DNA of 64,000 bases. Origin: Sphagnum compactum (taxonomy: Eukaryota). Below, piece after piece: positions 41,062 to 53,011 of the stretch. The notes below the pieces were generated by a model. It ran no database searches and had not been told where the DNA came from. It was given only the letters and a program-made list of their open reading frames with translations. The DNA lies in the NCBI GenBank assembly GCA_965153455.1, contig OZ234494.1, positions 2,418,001 to 2,482,000 of the forward strand. The letters are read 5' to 3'. Position 1 is the stretch's first letter, and the number at the start of each line of letters is the position of its first letter. Both the position numbers and the translations under genes were made by a program.

Positions 41062-41571
41062 TTATTGACTAGACACCCCCCATGCCCCACCACCTGCCTG
41101 GCCTATTAGCCGGATTTCAAGGCATGTCTTAGTCATCCAATTTCCTTTATCTTACTCATCCCCTTTCACATCTTAGTCATCCCAGTGGACTGCCAGCAAC
41201 TCTTCCAGTTTCGTTCACATGGCTTCTTCTCTTGGATGTTTTTTTTGGATGTTTTTTCCCCTAGTTTTCTGCATTCATTCGCTCGCTCTTGTCTCTCTTC
41301 CCCTTCGTCTGCTTCTTCTTCCGCTGCACAAGACGTGCCGTGGTGTGTTCCTGTGTAGTAGCAACTGGAGCGTCCTCGTCGGTCCTCAACCATCTCTTCT
41401 TCTATCTTTGATTTTGTTGCAGGCCGTTTCCTCGGAAGAATACACTAATAATAATAATAATAATAATAATAATAGAACTGAGAAAAAAAAATTCTCTCGT
41501 TTTTTCCTTTTTTTTTGGGGGTGTTTTTTGGGTTCTCGTAAACACGACAACTTTGTTGCAAATTTTGTGAA

Positions 41572-42965
41572 ATGGCAAAGAGGTTGTTGGGAGTTGATGG
41601 AGTTGCTGCACACATGATTCCGGGATTGGTGAGACGGGAATTATATCTTCAGCATGGCACTCGTCTGATCGACCCACGAGGCGTCGTCTTGCTCTGCTTG
41701 GGAACTTCTTGTCGTAGTAATAGTGTTGAGCTCTGTTCACATCCTAGTAATCGGCGGCACTGGTTCCATCAGCTCTGCAGCTGCTTCATTAGTAGAAAGC
41801 AGTCCACAACGAATTGGGTATCTTTCTCTTGTTTTTGTTTTGTTTTTTTGGTTTTTTTTTTTTTTTTGGCACGTCTCTGTGTGTGCTTTGTGCTTTCCAT
41901 CCGTAGGGTGGCGGTGTTTCTGTCTTTTTGTCTGTTTGTTTTCTCTTCTTCTTCTTCTTCTTCTTCTTCATGAATCACTCGAAAATGGGTTCTGGAAAAT
42001 GGGTTTCTCGAAATCTCTAGTAATTTAATTTTTTGGGTCATGGGCTGCTGCTCATCGAGTACCTTAAACATTCCTTGGGAATTCGTATCAAAGAAAATGT
42101 CAAAAGACTCGTACCTGGCAGCAATGCTGTCCGGTCATAATGTAGTCTCGAGGAGGAGCAGAAGACTGGAATCTCGACATAATTGTGATTGTTTCTTACA
42201 CAAGTTCAGTAGAACTGTGGCAATTATTTCTGTTGCAGTTACAGTGTTCTTCCACATACAATGTACATGTTGTAGATTTGCTCAGGCAAAATGCTTCTTT
42301 CTCCAGGAACCAAACCCTCTAAAAGACACGTAGGGTTTCGGAGGGAGGGATTGGCAGGCAGCCATGAAGCCATTTTCTCAAGAGATGTTAAAGGGCAGCA
42401 GTTCCAGGTTGAACTCAGGAACAACAGGAGATGGATTCAACAGCTCTCCTGTTAATGGAGAGGAAACCAGCACAGAGTCATGTGCTGTACCTGATCATGA
42501 TCCAGGGACCCCAGTAATGAGCCAACAGCCTCAGGACAAGCTGAACAAGAAGCAGAAATCTTCCAACTCTGATTCTGCAGGCCAAACTCCAACACCTAGT
42601 CTGAGCAAGCAAATGAGCACCCGGGATTTTATCAACCGCCAGCGCGAAGAAAGATTGAATTATCATGCACAGGTAAGTACATTGAAAAAAACCACACTGG
42701 TTCTTTGAATACTGGCCAACAATTCCATTCGAAAGAGGAAATTCCATACATGCTTTGAGGCCACGAAGGCCATCTCCACATGATGTCTAAACTCCTGGTA
42801 TGAATGAGTTCAGCAAGTTACTGGCAGCAGGGTTCAAGTCATTTTTCTGTACACATTTCCTGAAGCCACCTCGTGGGTAGATAATCATGTGGAGCTTCGA
42901 AGTGCTCAATTGCAAAAAAATGTTGTTTACAGGGATTCAAGTTGAATACAGAACAAGACTCGTGA
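41572..42965 (+). CDS. Small hypothetical protein (205 aa from ATG 41572, or 113 aa from ATG 42364), no recognisable domain
   Basis: Exons 41572-41817 (TGG|GTATCT), 42334-42672 (CAG|GTAAGT) and 42933-42965 (TTTACAG|GGA...TGA) join in frame. A CT-rich 5' UTR-like leader begins near 41200. The protein is Ser/Gln-rich with C-terminal STRDFINRQREERLNYHAQGFKLN. Confidence 0.6.
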
Positions 42966-43608
42966 TGGGGAGGTGGGCTCCTCTAGAGAGATGATCATTT
43001 CAAGGAAAGGAGGTTGTTACATCATCAGCAAAATTTTGACAATGGGTGATATTACTGTATACATATGGTTTGAGGCCCAGTTCCTTCAGGCCTTCATGAA
43101 ATAGCTCTTTTTCTTATGGACATGACATTGAAGGTGTTCATCATGTCATGTGATGGATTGTACAAGCTTGAAGTCTGAGAAATCATGTGGAAGCAGTGGG
43201 TGAGAGTTAATGCAAGACAGTTTCAGGTAATTGCAGTTCTTCTTTCCTTCCTGCCAGTTGCATTTTGTAACAATTATAATCGGAACATGTCACTCATGAG
43301 TGAAGTTCCAAGGGAAATATGTACAAATAACCTGCTGCACATAAAGTCAGGTGCAGTGGTTTGTGATCCATGTGCTCTCTTGATCTAAATGGGAGATCAA
43401 GCTTGAATGGGAGAAAGTGGGTTGGAGATTTTGTCTCCTTTAATTAGTTTGAAGTTCTTCTTTTGGCAAAAGATTCATTTATAGTGTGGGCATCAATGCT
43501 AGGCTGCATTTACATAGACGACTATTGTGTTGAGTGCCTATGTGCTGAACTAAGTCTCTTTTGAAAATTGTGGACTTTCTTTCATGTGCGTATTTTATTG
43601 TAGCCATT

Positions 43609-43874
43609 AGAGTTCTTCATAAAGTCACCCTGTCTTCACACCCCCTATCCTCTCTTTCAATGGTATCTGCAAAGTAAGGAAATTTCATTAAATCTCAATA
43701 TGAAATGCTGAAACTCAGTATTTAGTGCACAAGGTTCCAGAGTAATTATAGTAGTTGTACAGGTAAGAGCAGTAAAAATATATGTAACAGCAGTGGAGGC
43801 GCTCAGGAAAAAGGAAAAACAGGATGAAACTCAGTTTACCACCAAAATTGGTGAAACAACTAGTTTGGGTCCCA
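43609..43874 (+). repeat. Dispersed ~260-bp repeat, copy 2 (3' hairpin and CTAG intact)
   Basis: Collinear with copy 1. Ends CACCAA-AA-TTGGTG AAACAACTAGTTTGGGTCCCA. Confidence 0.9.
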
Positions 43875-44989
43875 ATTATTTTTGTTTCGTAAAATTTTCC
43901 TTTCCAGTTACACATTTGATGCCTTATCATGCCAAAAGTGGCTGTTCTCCCCCCCTGATCGCATGACTTTACCAATAACACTATCGTATTTCATAAAGCA
44001 AATGAAGGGTACATAGCAGTGTTAGTGTTGGACAGGTATCATAGTACTCTAAAGGGCCAACCAGGTCCATATATGTAAAAGCCAGATATTAAAGGAGAGC
44101 TTCTATAAGCTAGCCAGGTCTTTGAGAGGTTGAGGGATTTGAAGATTAAATACCAAGCTTGTATAAATACCTTCACAATCAGTGTAACACTAGCCAAATG
44201 TTGTGACTTTTGAAGTTTGATATCAGTCAATACCAATATTGGTTTGGTTTGTCATGATGACATTTTATCTTCATTGAAATGACAGATCGGGTTTGAATAT
44301 TTTCCTGTGGTTCAAGGGGAAAATATGAAAAAAAAAACATACACAAAATGACAACATTTTGGAACTCAAAGTTCATTTTGAATCCAAGTTAAGCTTGATC
44401 TAATGGTTAAATGAAAAGAATTGGATAAAATCAATGTGCATGAACTATATAACGTACATCTTTTCAACGACCATAGGGCCTCATGTTTGTTGTTCATGAC
44501 ACATTATTAAACCAAAGAAAAATGAAAAAATAATATAAGCCCACCTATAAAATCTTCTCCTTTTTCTTAAGGTAATTGTTTTTTCCCAGAAATAACAATT
44601 TATTATGCATTTATTGCTCAAGAAATGTAATTTTAAAAAACAAATTTTTAATGGGTTTTCCACCAAAAATTATAAAATTTTAAATGGTCTGAAATTTAGT
44701 TGATGTACATCAATATCATTCACCACCAAAAAATTCATAAATTTAGTTTTGAAGTACATATGCAATTTTTCATACTTTGTGATGTGTATTTTTTTGACAC
44801 AAATATATTTCATTTGTTCAAGTTTGTAAATGTTTGTTGGAGTTCCTTTTAATATAAACTAGTTTAAGTCTAAAGTTAATGCAATATACTTGAAATGAAC
44901 AAAAATAATCCAAAATGTGATGTCCACATGTACCCAAAAAAACCAAATGCATAATTTATGTTTTTGTGATTACAATTTTTGGGGGGCGT

Positions 44990-47900
44990 AATACGCTTTC
45001 ACCCTGATCCCAAGGTTGAAGTGGATGTTTAGATGTCCAACCTTGGTAGATCCGATGGCTTGGCATAGTGCAAACAAGAGCAATGATGGTTTAGTATGTT
45101 TAGTTTATGATTCAAAGGCTTGGAAACACATTGACATGACCTGATTTGATTTTGTAGTAGATCCCCGCAACATTAGGGTGGGTTTAGCCCTTGATGGGGT
45201 AAACCCATATGTTGATCTATCTACAAATCACTGTACATGACCAGTCCTTTTCTTGAACTACAATTTGTCACCTTGGTTGACTTAACAAAATGATTCTTTG
45301 TGATGTTAGTCTTGTTAATACCAAGGAAGGAGTGTGTAAAAAATGAGAACATAGATGTGTATTTACAACCATTAGTTGAAGAATTGCAAAAGCTATGGAA
45401 ATGGGTGAACACACTTGATGTGACAAGGCCAAGAGACAAGTTCTTGTTGAAGGCCATTTGCATGTGGAGTTTACACAACTATCTTGCATATGGTTTATTT
45501 GTAGGTTGCCATTTACCAAGGGCTACTTGGCATGCCATATATGCAGGCCGGAGGTGGATACTAAACATTCTTCACATTTGAAACATTGGCATTACCTTGT
45601 TAAAAGCCACCCATACAACAAAGATCGTGAGGCATGTGAGACATGGCTATAAAGACATGGCATTAGAGGATAAAGAAGACCATGTCCATACTCATGGTGT
45701 AAGGAGGAAGAACAATTTTTTTCTTTGCCATATTGATAGGTATGTGTTTCATCCACAAATGCTCCAAATTACTGAATTTTCAGTTTGCAATGTCAATAGA
45801 ATTGCATTCTTTCTTTTTCGACCTAAAAACCAATCTACGTAATCATTTTTCATGGATATTGACATGGATCAGTTTGGGTTTGTTTTGTAGCCATGTCTTC
45901 ATGGCTGAAATACCCCTCCTTCCCCCACCTTTGTTTAAATCTAGCTCAATTTGTGAGTTGGAGGGTTCCTTGTTTTGTTGATGGTTAAATTCTTTCCTTT
46001 TTCACACTTGTAGTTTGATAATTGTAGTGGATTCATCAATTTTGTAGGTCTAATATGGGATCATGGTTTGCCCTAAACCTAATTCTATCCATGTCAAAGT
46101 TGTCCTCTTTTTGCCATTGTGGTAGTTTTGCCATGTTTTGTGGAACGTGACTTGATATGGGTTCCCATAACTAAAAATGAACAATGCAATCCAACATGTG
46201 TTTAAACATTTGGGATTGAGAATATTGGTACACACCATGGCAGCCTTTAGGACTGAGCAAATTTATTTTCCAATATCAGTTGTTTTTGTTTGTTGGAACC
46301 TAGTTTGAATTCAATGGAATTGCATTATCTTTTTTCCACTTGAAAACTAATCTACATAGTCATTTCTCATGGATATCAACATGTATTAGTTAGGATATGT
46401 TTCGTGGCCATGTCTTCATGACTGAAATACCCCTCCTTCCCCAACCCTTGTTTATATTTAGTTAAATCTGTGAGTTTGAAGATTCCTTGTTTTGTTGTTG
46501 GTCAAATTCCTTCTTTTGCCACACTTGTAGATCGATTAATGTAGTGGGTTCATCAATTTGCAAGTTTGATATAGGATCATGGTTATCCTTTAACCCAATT
46601 CTATCCATGTCAAAGTTGCCTTCTCTTTGCCATTGCAGTAGTTCTGCCATGTTTTGTAACCAAGTTTTGGCTTAAATAATTGCCCCATAGTTTGCCTTTA
46701 CCTTAATTAATACTGGAGAATTTTGGATTGTTGTTGCAGATCCAAATAATGTAAGTGTTGATGCCCTTGTTATGTGATAGTTCCTTTTGGTGAGGCATGT
46801 TTTGGATGTGATGCATTGTGAAAAAAATGTATGTGAGAACTTGATGAAGGTCATATTTGGGGAGAAAGACACCGTGGCAATTTGAAGGGACTTGGAAGTA
46901 GTGGGCATTCCACTTCAACTTTGGTTGCAATGAGTTACAAATGGCTTGTATTGCACCTTCCGTCTTGACAAATGGAGAGAAAATTAAGGGCATTCTTGCA
47001 AATTATCTAACAATCAAAACTCTAATGCACTATGCATTGAAGCCTTGTGAAAAAAATGTGACTAAGGACGGGAAGTGTAGGGGATTGAAGTCCCATGACT
47101 ACCACCTAATGATGTAGCAGGTACTACCATTTTGCCTTCGCAATTTAATGCAAGAGGAAATCCAAATGTTTCTTATTAACTTAAGCCAAGTGTTTAACAA
47201 AGTTATGCAAAGGTTATTGATCCCAACACAATGGAGGTGCTGAGGGAAAAGGTTGCAAAGACCATGTCAATAATAGAAAAAGTTTTTCCTTCTCCAACTT
47301 TGATGTCATGACACACTTGGTAGTACACCTTGTTGAAGAATTGGATCTATGTGGCCATGTTGCCACAAGGTGGATGTATTCCATAAAACAATATATGAAA
47401 GCTTTAAAAGGGTATGTGTGAAACATGGCATGATCGGAGGGTAGCATGGCACATGGATATCCATTGAGGAAGCTCTAAGTTTCTATACATAATACATTCA
47501 AGATGCAAAGTCCACAAGAAAGAGAGTGTGGGATGATAAAGAAGAGCCTACAATGAATAATGAGGTACTTGAAGGAAATGGGTGCCCTTATAAGTTGAGT
47601 GCCAACCTCAAGAATTGGGCCCACACATTCATCCTCCGTAATGTGTCAATAATAGAACCATGGTGCGAGTGAAAATGTTTCATACCCCAAACACATGCAT
47701 GGTTTTGCATGTGTTCATTTACATGTTCATGCAAGTCAATTGTTGTGATTAAATCAAGTTGGTTTTGATGTAATTAATTTGATTTTAATATGAAAGTTGG
47801 CAACACAACCATTCTGGAATCTACATGTACATTAAGTTTGTCCATCTTACCATGAACATATTTTGTTTGCTTAGTACTAAAGGTTGCCATGGTTGGTCAA

Positions 47901-49880
47901 CATGTGTAGGAGGTATGTAGTAGTTCAATGACATAGGACTAGCCAAAGGGAGGAGTTTGCACGTGGGGCATGATCAAGGCCACATAATAAAAGGTTAGTT
48001 TACCCAAAATTTCTTGCAGAATTGCCTCCATTTGAAGTTTGGTTTCCCATTGCAATTGCAAAGGCCATGGCAAATGGTGAGGATTTGTCAAAAGACATCA
48101 TTTCAATAAGTATACCCCCCTCAGACTATGCCATAACATATAGTTTTATGTATGCCTTTGGGAATCACTTGCAGGTTGCAAATGTATAATGGCATTTGTC
48201 AACGTAGGATTTAAGGGTGGTAGCCACATTTGAACAAGAGTGTCGCTCCCATTTAGGTGATCAAAACCCAATCATCGCATCCTTGGAATATGTTGGGTGG
48301 ATTGAAGAAATATTGGAATTGGATTATGGTGGATTCTAAACTATTTTATTGTTTTGCAATTTGGTGGTGGCCAATTACAAAGGTTCAAATGCAATGGTGA
48401 AATGAAATGAATATGGGTTCATTTTGTTGAACTTTGAGCATTTCATTCCCCTTTCAACCCAATCATTTGCATTTCCAATGCATGTTCAACAAGTCCTTTT
48501 TGCAAATGACATAAGAGGTCCAAGGGGTTGGAAGGTGGTGTTGCGTAAGGAGTCAAGAGGGCATGGTCTGAGAGTGATAGATCACTCCCAACCATCCACA
48601 TTAGTACCCTTCCCAATATTTGTGGATGTAATGGTTAGTGAGCTAATCATTCTAGCCCAAATGTTAATTGAGGAGATGGCAACAATCTCTAAAGCGGATG
48701 AACTAGATCCATTACCATCAAACTATGAAAGTGAATGTTGTTATCATTAAAAAGGCTAGTCTATTTGATCCATATTCAATTCTCTATCAAAAACTCAACA
48801 TTTACACTTGACTTTAAATTGGTTATGACAATTTATGTAAACCAAGTCACTTGAACTAAAAAATGTTTGACCTCCATGTGTAGGTGACAAATAAGTACAC
48901 ATTACATGCGATGTTTATAATTGGGTTCAATTTAGGATGTTAGAGCAAAATTAATTTGTAGCAGATGCTTTTAAAAAAAATTTGTGAAAAAACACTTATG
49001 AATAATTACATCCATTCATTGGTGTCCACATTATATAATGTGACTTTCACAATGTTTTTGTTCATGGATGTGTTAATCCAATTTCATGTAAATCATCCCC
49101 CTTAATTTATATTGTTACCTTTCTTTTATACATGTGGCAATGGTGTTCAATGTTTGTTATTTCATAATTTCATGTAAAAGTTCACTTTTTCAAATCTTGC
49201 TTTATTGATGAAAAACACATGCATCACAAATTACAATTTGACTTGGCCTTGCATGAACTAGTTACACCTATATTGGCACCATGGTAAAATCCCCAAATGT
49301 TATTGGTTGTTTCTAAGCATTATAAATGTCACATCCCTAGACTAGATCAAGGTCTTTGAATGCAAATTTAATGGTTCATTCACTAATTATTAGATTTAAT
49401 AACCTTAATATAGTAAAAGAATGAAGGTGCCAACATTTTATGTGCTCCAAATTTCACTTTGGCCTCTGACTTATAGTTGATTTCATGTGGGTTTTGATTA
49501 AGATGGACATGTTTCAATGCCTTACAAGCATCAAATAAATGTGGATAAGTAAAGAACACATATAACCTTTTACACTTTAGTGGCAATTCAATAAGGCCTT
49601 TTTGACTTGGCAATGACCATCTTGATTGCCATCTTTTTAAGGGGGTCCCATTTGATTGGATGTCCAAATTGGTGCTTGGTCAAAAAATTCACCTTAGTGA
49701 AATATGTCAATAAAAAGAACCACACGTTTTTAATGCCCCAAACTTGTGGTCAAAATAACTAGTAAAAAACCCACATGTCTTTCATGCCCCGGGCCTCTAG
49801 TCAAAATGGACATTCCCTCCAGTCAATGTGAACACCTTGGTCAAGATGAACTAATGGAAAAACTGTGATTTCTTGTAGTG
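44990..49880 (+). mobile_element. Decayed CACTA (En/Spm) DNA transposon with TnpD/Tnp2-like transposase pseudogene; 5' end not found
   Basis: Interrupted frames read LIPRLKWMF, DSKAWKHID, DPRNIRVGLALDGVNPY, IDVYLQPLVEELQKLW, DVMHCEKNVCENL, GLKSHDYH, FDVMTHLVVHLVEEL, RWMYS, EGSMAHGY and YVGWIEEILELDYG. The 3' TIR TTCTTGTAGTG (reverse complement CACTACAAGAA) ends at 49880 and is preceded by GTCAA subterminal repeats. Confidence 0.92.
45790..46660. repeat. Direct duplication (two ~350-bp blocks about 520 bp apart) inside the CACTA transposase intron
   Basis: GAATTGCATT...CATGGATAT...GCCATGTCTTCATG.CTGAAATACCCCTCCTTCCCC...TTCTATCCATGTCAAAGTTG is present at ~45790-46140 and ~46310-46660. Confidence 0.88.
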
Positions 49881-50945
49881 AGAACCTTGTCACATTTTTG
49901 CAATTCCAATAGAAGGAATAAGAAGTACTACATTTAATGATAAATTTTCCATGAAATTTTACAGATACATAAAAGAAATCATAAAAGAAATCTTTCCCAT
50001 CAAAGTTTTCAAATTTTGTTAAAGTTGTGGAATTTAAATAAGATGATTTTAAAATGTTTATTAATACATTATGGTATGATAATGTTGATAATTATGATTT
50101 TTTTTGGTGAAAAATGTTCTTTAATTGAAAATTGACTTGGACTAAGTTTTTTTTAAATTTGACAAAAATAAAATGAAGTTTTGAATTTAAAAAATAAAAA
50201 AATTGCTCTCAAATAAAGGTTTTTAAAAAACCTTTATTAAATTATTGGTGTACATTCACACAAATGTACAATTATGTTTCAATTTCAGATTCATTATTCT
50301 TGTAATTTATTTTAATTTTGAAGCCCAAATCATTTGTATGTGATTTTAAAAGTAATTCAAAATGAGTGAAATCTTACTTATTGCTACTTTTGATACTATG
50401 TGTAGTTCCAAATTTCCTTCAAATGGTGTGCATTGTAATGTGCATTCACATGTTGGGCGAATATCACCTTTTTGGATATTTGTCTTTCTTTTGATTATCG
50501 AATAAGGATAATTTTTTATAATTTTTAAAGATTTAGACATCGTGGTCAGATACTAGAGTTTCACATTTTAAATCCAACCTGGATATTGGTGTTCTTGAAA
50601 AAAATTCATTTATTTATTAGTCGGATATCAGCAAAGTTAAATATCAAAAATTCAAAAATTCATTTGCCAATTATGTTGGGTGCTAGTCTTTTCTTTCTTT
50701 TTTTTTAACGTGAAAAATCTCCGAAAAAAGGCAACATCCTTTTTTTAAAAAGAATATTTTGTCACAAGTATTCTTTTTCTAAACACATTCAAAAAATCAT
50801 AAATTATTTTTCCAAGAAAATATAGCTATAGTAATAATTACTACTAACTATCACCGATAGTGATATTTGCAAGATATCATTTTTGATATCCGGCCGGATA
50901 TCCAGGGCAGATATCCTGATTTCCTGAATATCTGCCCAACACTGA

Positions 50946-51383
50946 AGTGAACCAGCACCCACCAGTGTACCATGAAGGATGGATGGTAAGTGATCAGGAA
51001 ACCAGTTTTCTGTTGGATTCTAGTTCCCTAGCTAACCATGGTGGTTAGCTCATGTTGCCCTTTGTACTAGACCTACTAACTAACAACCCACTACCTACCT
51101 ACCTACCAACAACCTATTTGTGGGTTGTTGTTAGTAAGTAGGTAGTAAAAGTAGCCATCACCTCTATAAACCAATATACTTACCTAGCACCAACTCACTT
51201 GTTTTTCTACCTATATATATGTAAATATTGGACTTAACTTCTTACTTTACAGAATGGGTCACCGAGGTGAAACCAGATATTAACTCAGTTGAGGTTCATC
51301 CACAGGTGAGTCAAGATTCATCCACAAGTGAGTAATAACAGGCATCCAGTGGATGGTGCACTATTGGGTGCTGGAACTTCACT
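50946..51383. mobile_element. MITE-like element with ~36-bp imperfect terminal inverted repeats
   Basis: AGTGAACCAGCACCCACCAGTGTACCATGAAGGATG (50946) is the near reverse complement of CATCCAGTGGATGGTGCACTATTGGGTGCTGGAACTTCACT (ends 51383). The TSD is not clear. Confidence 0.7.
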
Positions 51384-52677
51384 CTGGCTCTTCATACTTC
51401 ATACCTACCTGAGACCTGGTAGGTAGGTAGGTAGTCCGGAAAATAGCTGGAGACAGGAGAGATGCTAGGAGCCTTTAAATTGTTTTTAAAAATGGCTGAA
51501 AATAAGTGTTTTTATTATGGTTTTTAAAAAAATATTCCTATCAGATTTCAACACTTTTTTTTAATTTTATAAATCGCCATATTTCTCTGGGTTCTCTAAT
51601 TTAGCCAAAATTGTGAAAGGTTCTTTCAAAGGATATTTTCATATCTATAGCCAAATTTGGCTAAATCCTCTTGTGGATTATTGCTAGTTTAGCCACATCA
51701 CAAAATTGAAAAATAGAAAGCCCACTGCACCAGGGTTTTTCTTTTTTTTGTTTTCCCCCAATTCCTCAAGTATGTACTAGTTCTGCTGGTGAGAATTTCC
51801 AGCATTAACTAGCATTAAATGGCGACTGTCCTCGGTGGGCTGAAGAATTTTTGCCAAAAGTGCGGCTACAAGTGACGAGCTAGGAGGTATGTAGGTTTAG
51901 ATATGGCTAATTTAATTATTTTTATTTCGGAAAATGGCAAACGCTAAAAAATCACCAAAAATTTCATTTTCTGAACAAACAAATTGGCCCAAAACAAAAA
52001 CACCTCTCACCTAGTAGGCGAGACGACGACGGACGGCAACGTACGTCTGACGGGGCATTCTTCGTTGACGATGGACGCACCCACCTCTCTGCCTCCCTCC
52101 CTCCCTCCCTCCCTCACGCTCCCCTTTGTATTTGTGCGTCTTCGGCTGCAGCAAGCCGCATCTCTGAGAGGCCCCCGGCCCCGCTCCGCTTGTAGCATAC
52201 AAAAATTAAATCAATAGACGGAGGAGGAGGAGGAGAAGGAGGAAGGGTGGAATGAATTGTTGTATAGAAAGGAAGACGCATTCATGAATGTGGTTGTGTG
52301 TGTGTCTTTTGCTTGTGAGAATCTTTCTTGTTGCTGCTTTTAGGGTTTTGGTTGGTGCACCCGGAAACCTAGGCTTTGTGCAGTCAGGGAAAGATTGGTC
52401 TGAGATGTGTTGGCTAATAAGCAGGTGCTGGTTCTTGGCCGTTTCTTAGTGCCCGATTCTCTGAGAGAGAGAGAGAGAGAGAGGATTTACCGACGTCAGC
52501 ATGATGGCTGAAGCGATTCGTGTCGCCGTTGGTGTTTCGAGGATCGATCACCGCTTTTGAAGTCTCTGAGGTTTCGTATATATTGTGATTTTGCTTCTCT
52601 TGCCTCCTCCCTTCGAACCCCCGTCGGCAACAGAGAATTTTGGCTTAAATATTCAGTCTGTCAGTCAGGCGGAGGCT

Positions 52678-53011
52678 ATGTCTGCAAGGACGATGGTGAT
52701 GATGATGCAGGTTCGGTGTGGGATAGTTCTTTGATATCCCTTTCCAGCTCTCTCCATTTTGGCTTTGTTTTTTTGGCAATGGCAGACTTGTAAATATCGT
52801 TCATTGCGGGATCAGGTGGAACAAGGAGACTGGTTGGACGCATAAGCAAACTTTATGTTTGTTTTACGAGAATATATTGCAAATGCTGTGGTGGTTGGAA
52901 GGGCACTACCGGAAAGGAGTGTTGTGGTGCTAGGGTTTGCGCATTTTTTGTGCTGTTGTTGTGCGTGAGCAGGAGCTGAATCAGATAGGGTTGTGGTTGG
53001 TTAGTCAGTGA
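52678..53011 (+). promoter_or_regulatory. Spliced upstream ORF (23 aa) in the PP2A B' 5' leader
   Basis: ATG at 52678, intron 52711-52972 (CAG|GTTCGG ... GAGCAG|GAG). Peptide [23 protein letters not shown]; its stop TGA at 53009-53011 overlaps the main ATG. Confidence 0.55.

Noticed and set aside
43975..44000. CACTA at 43979 as the 5' TIR of the CACTA element
   Set aside because: It continues CACTATCGTA, which does not match the 3' TIR CACTACAAGAA, and there is no matching 3-bp TSD.
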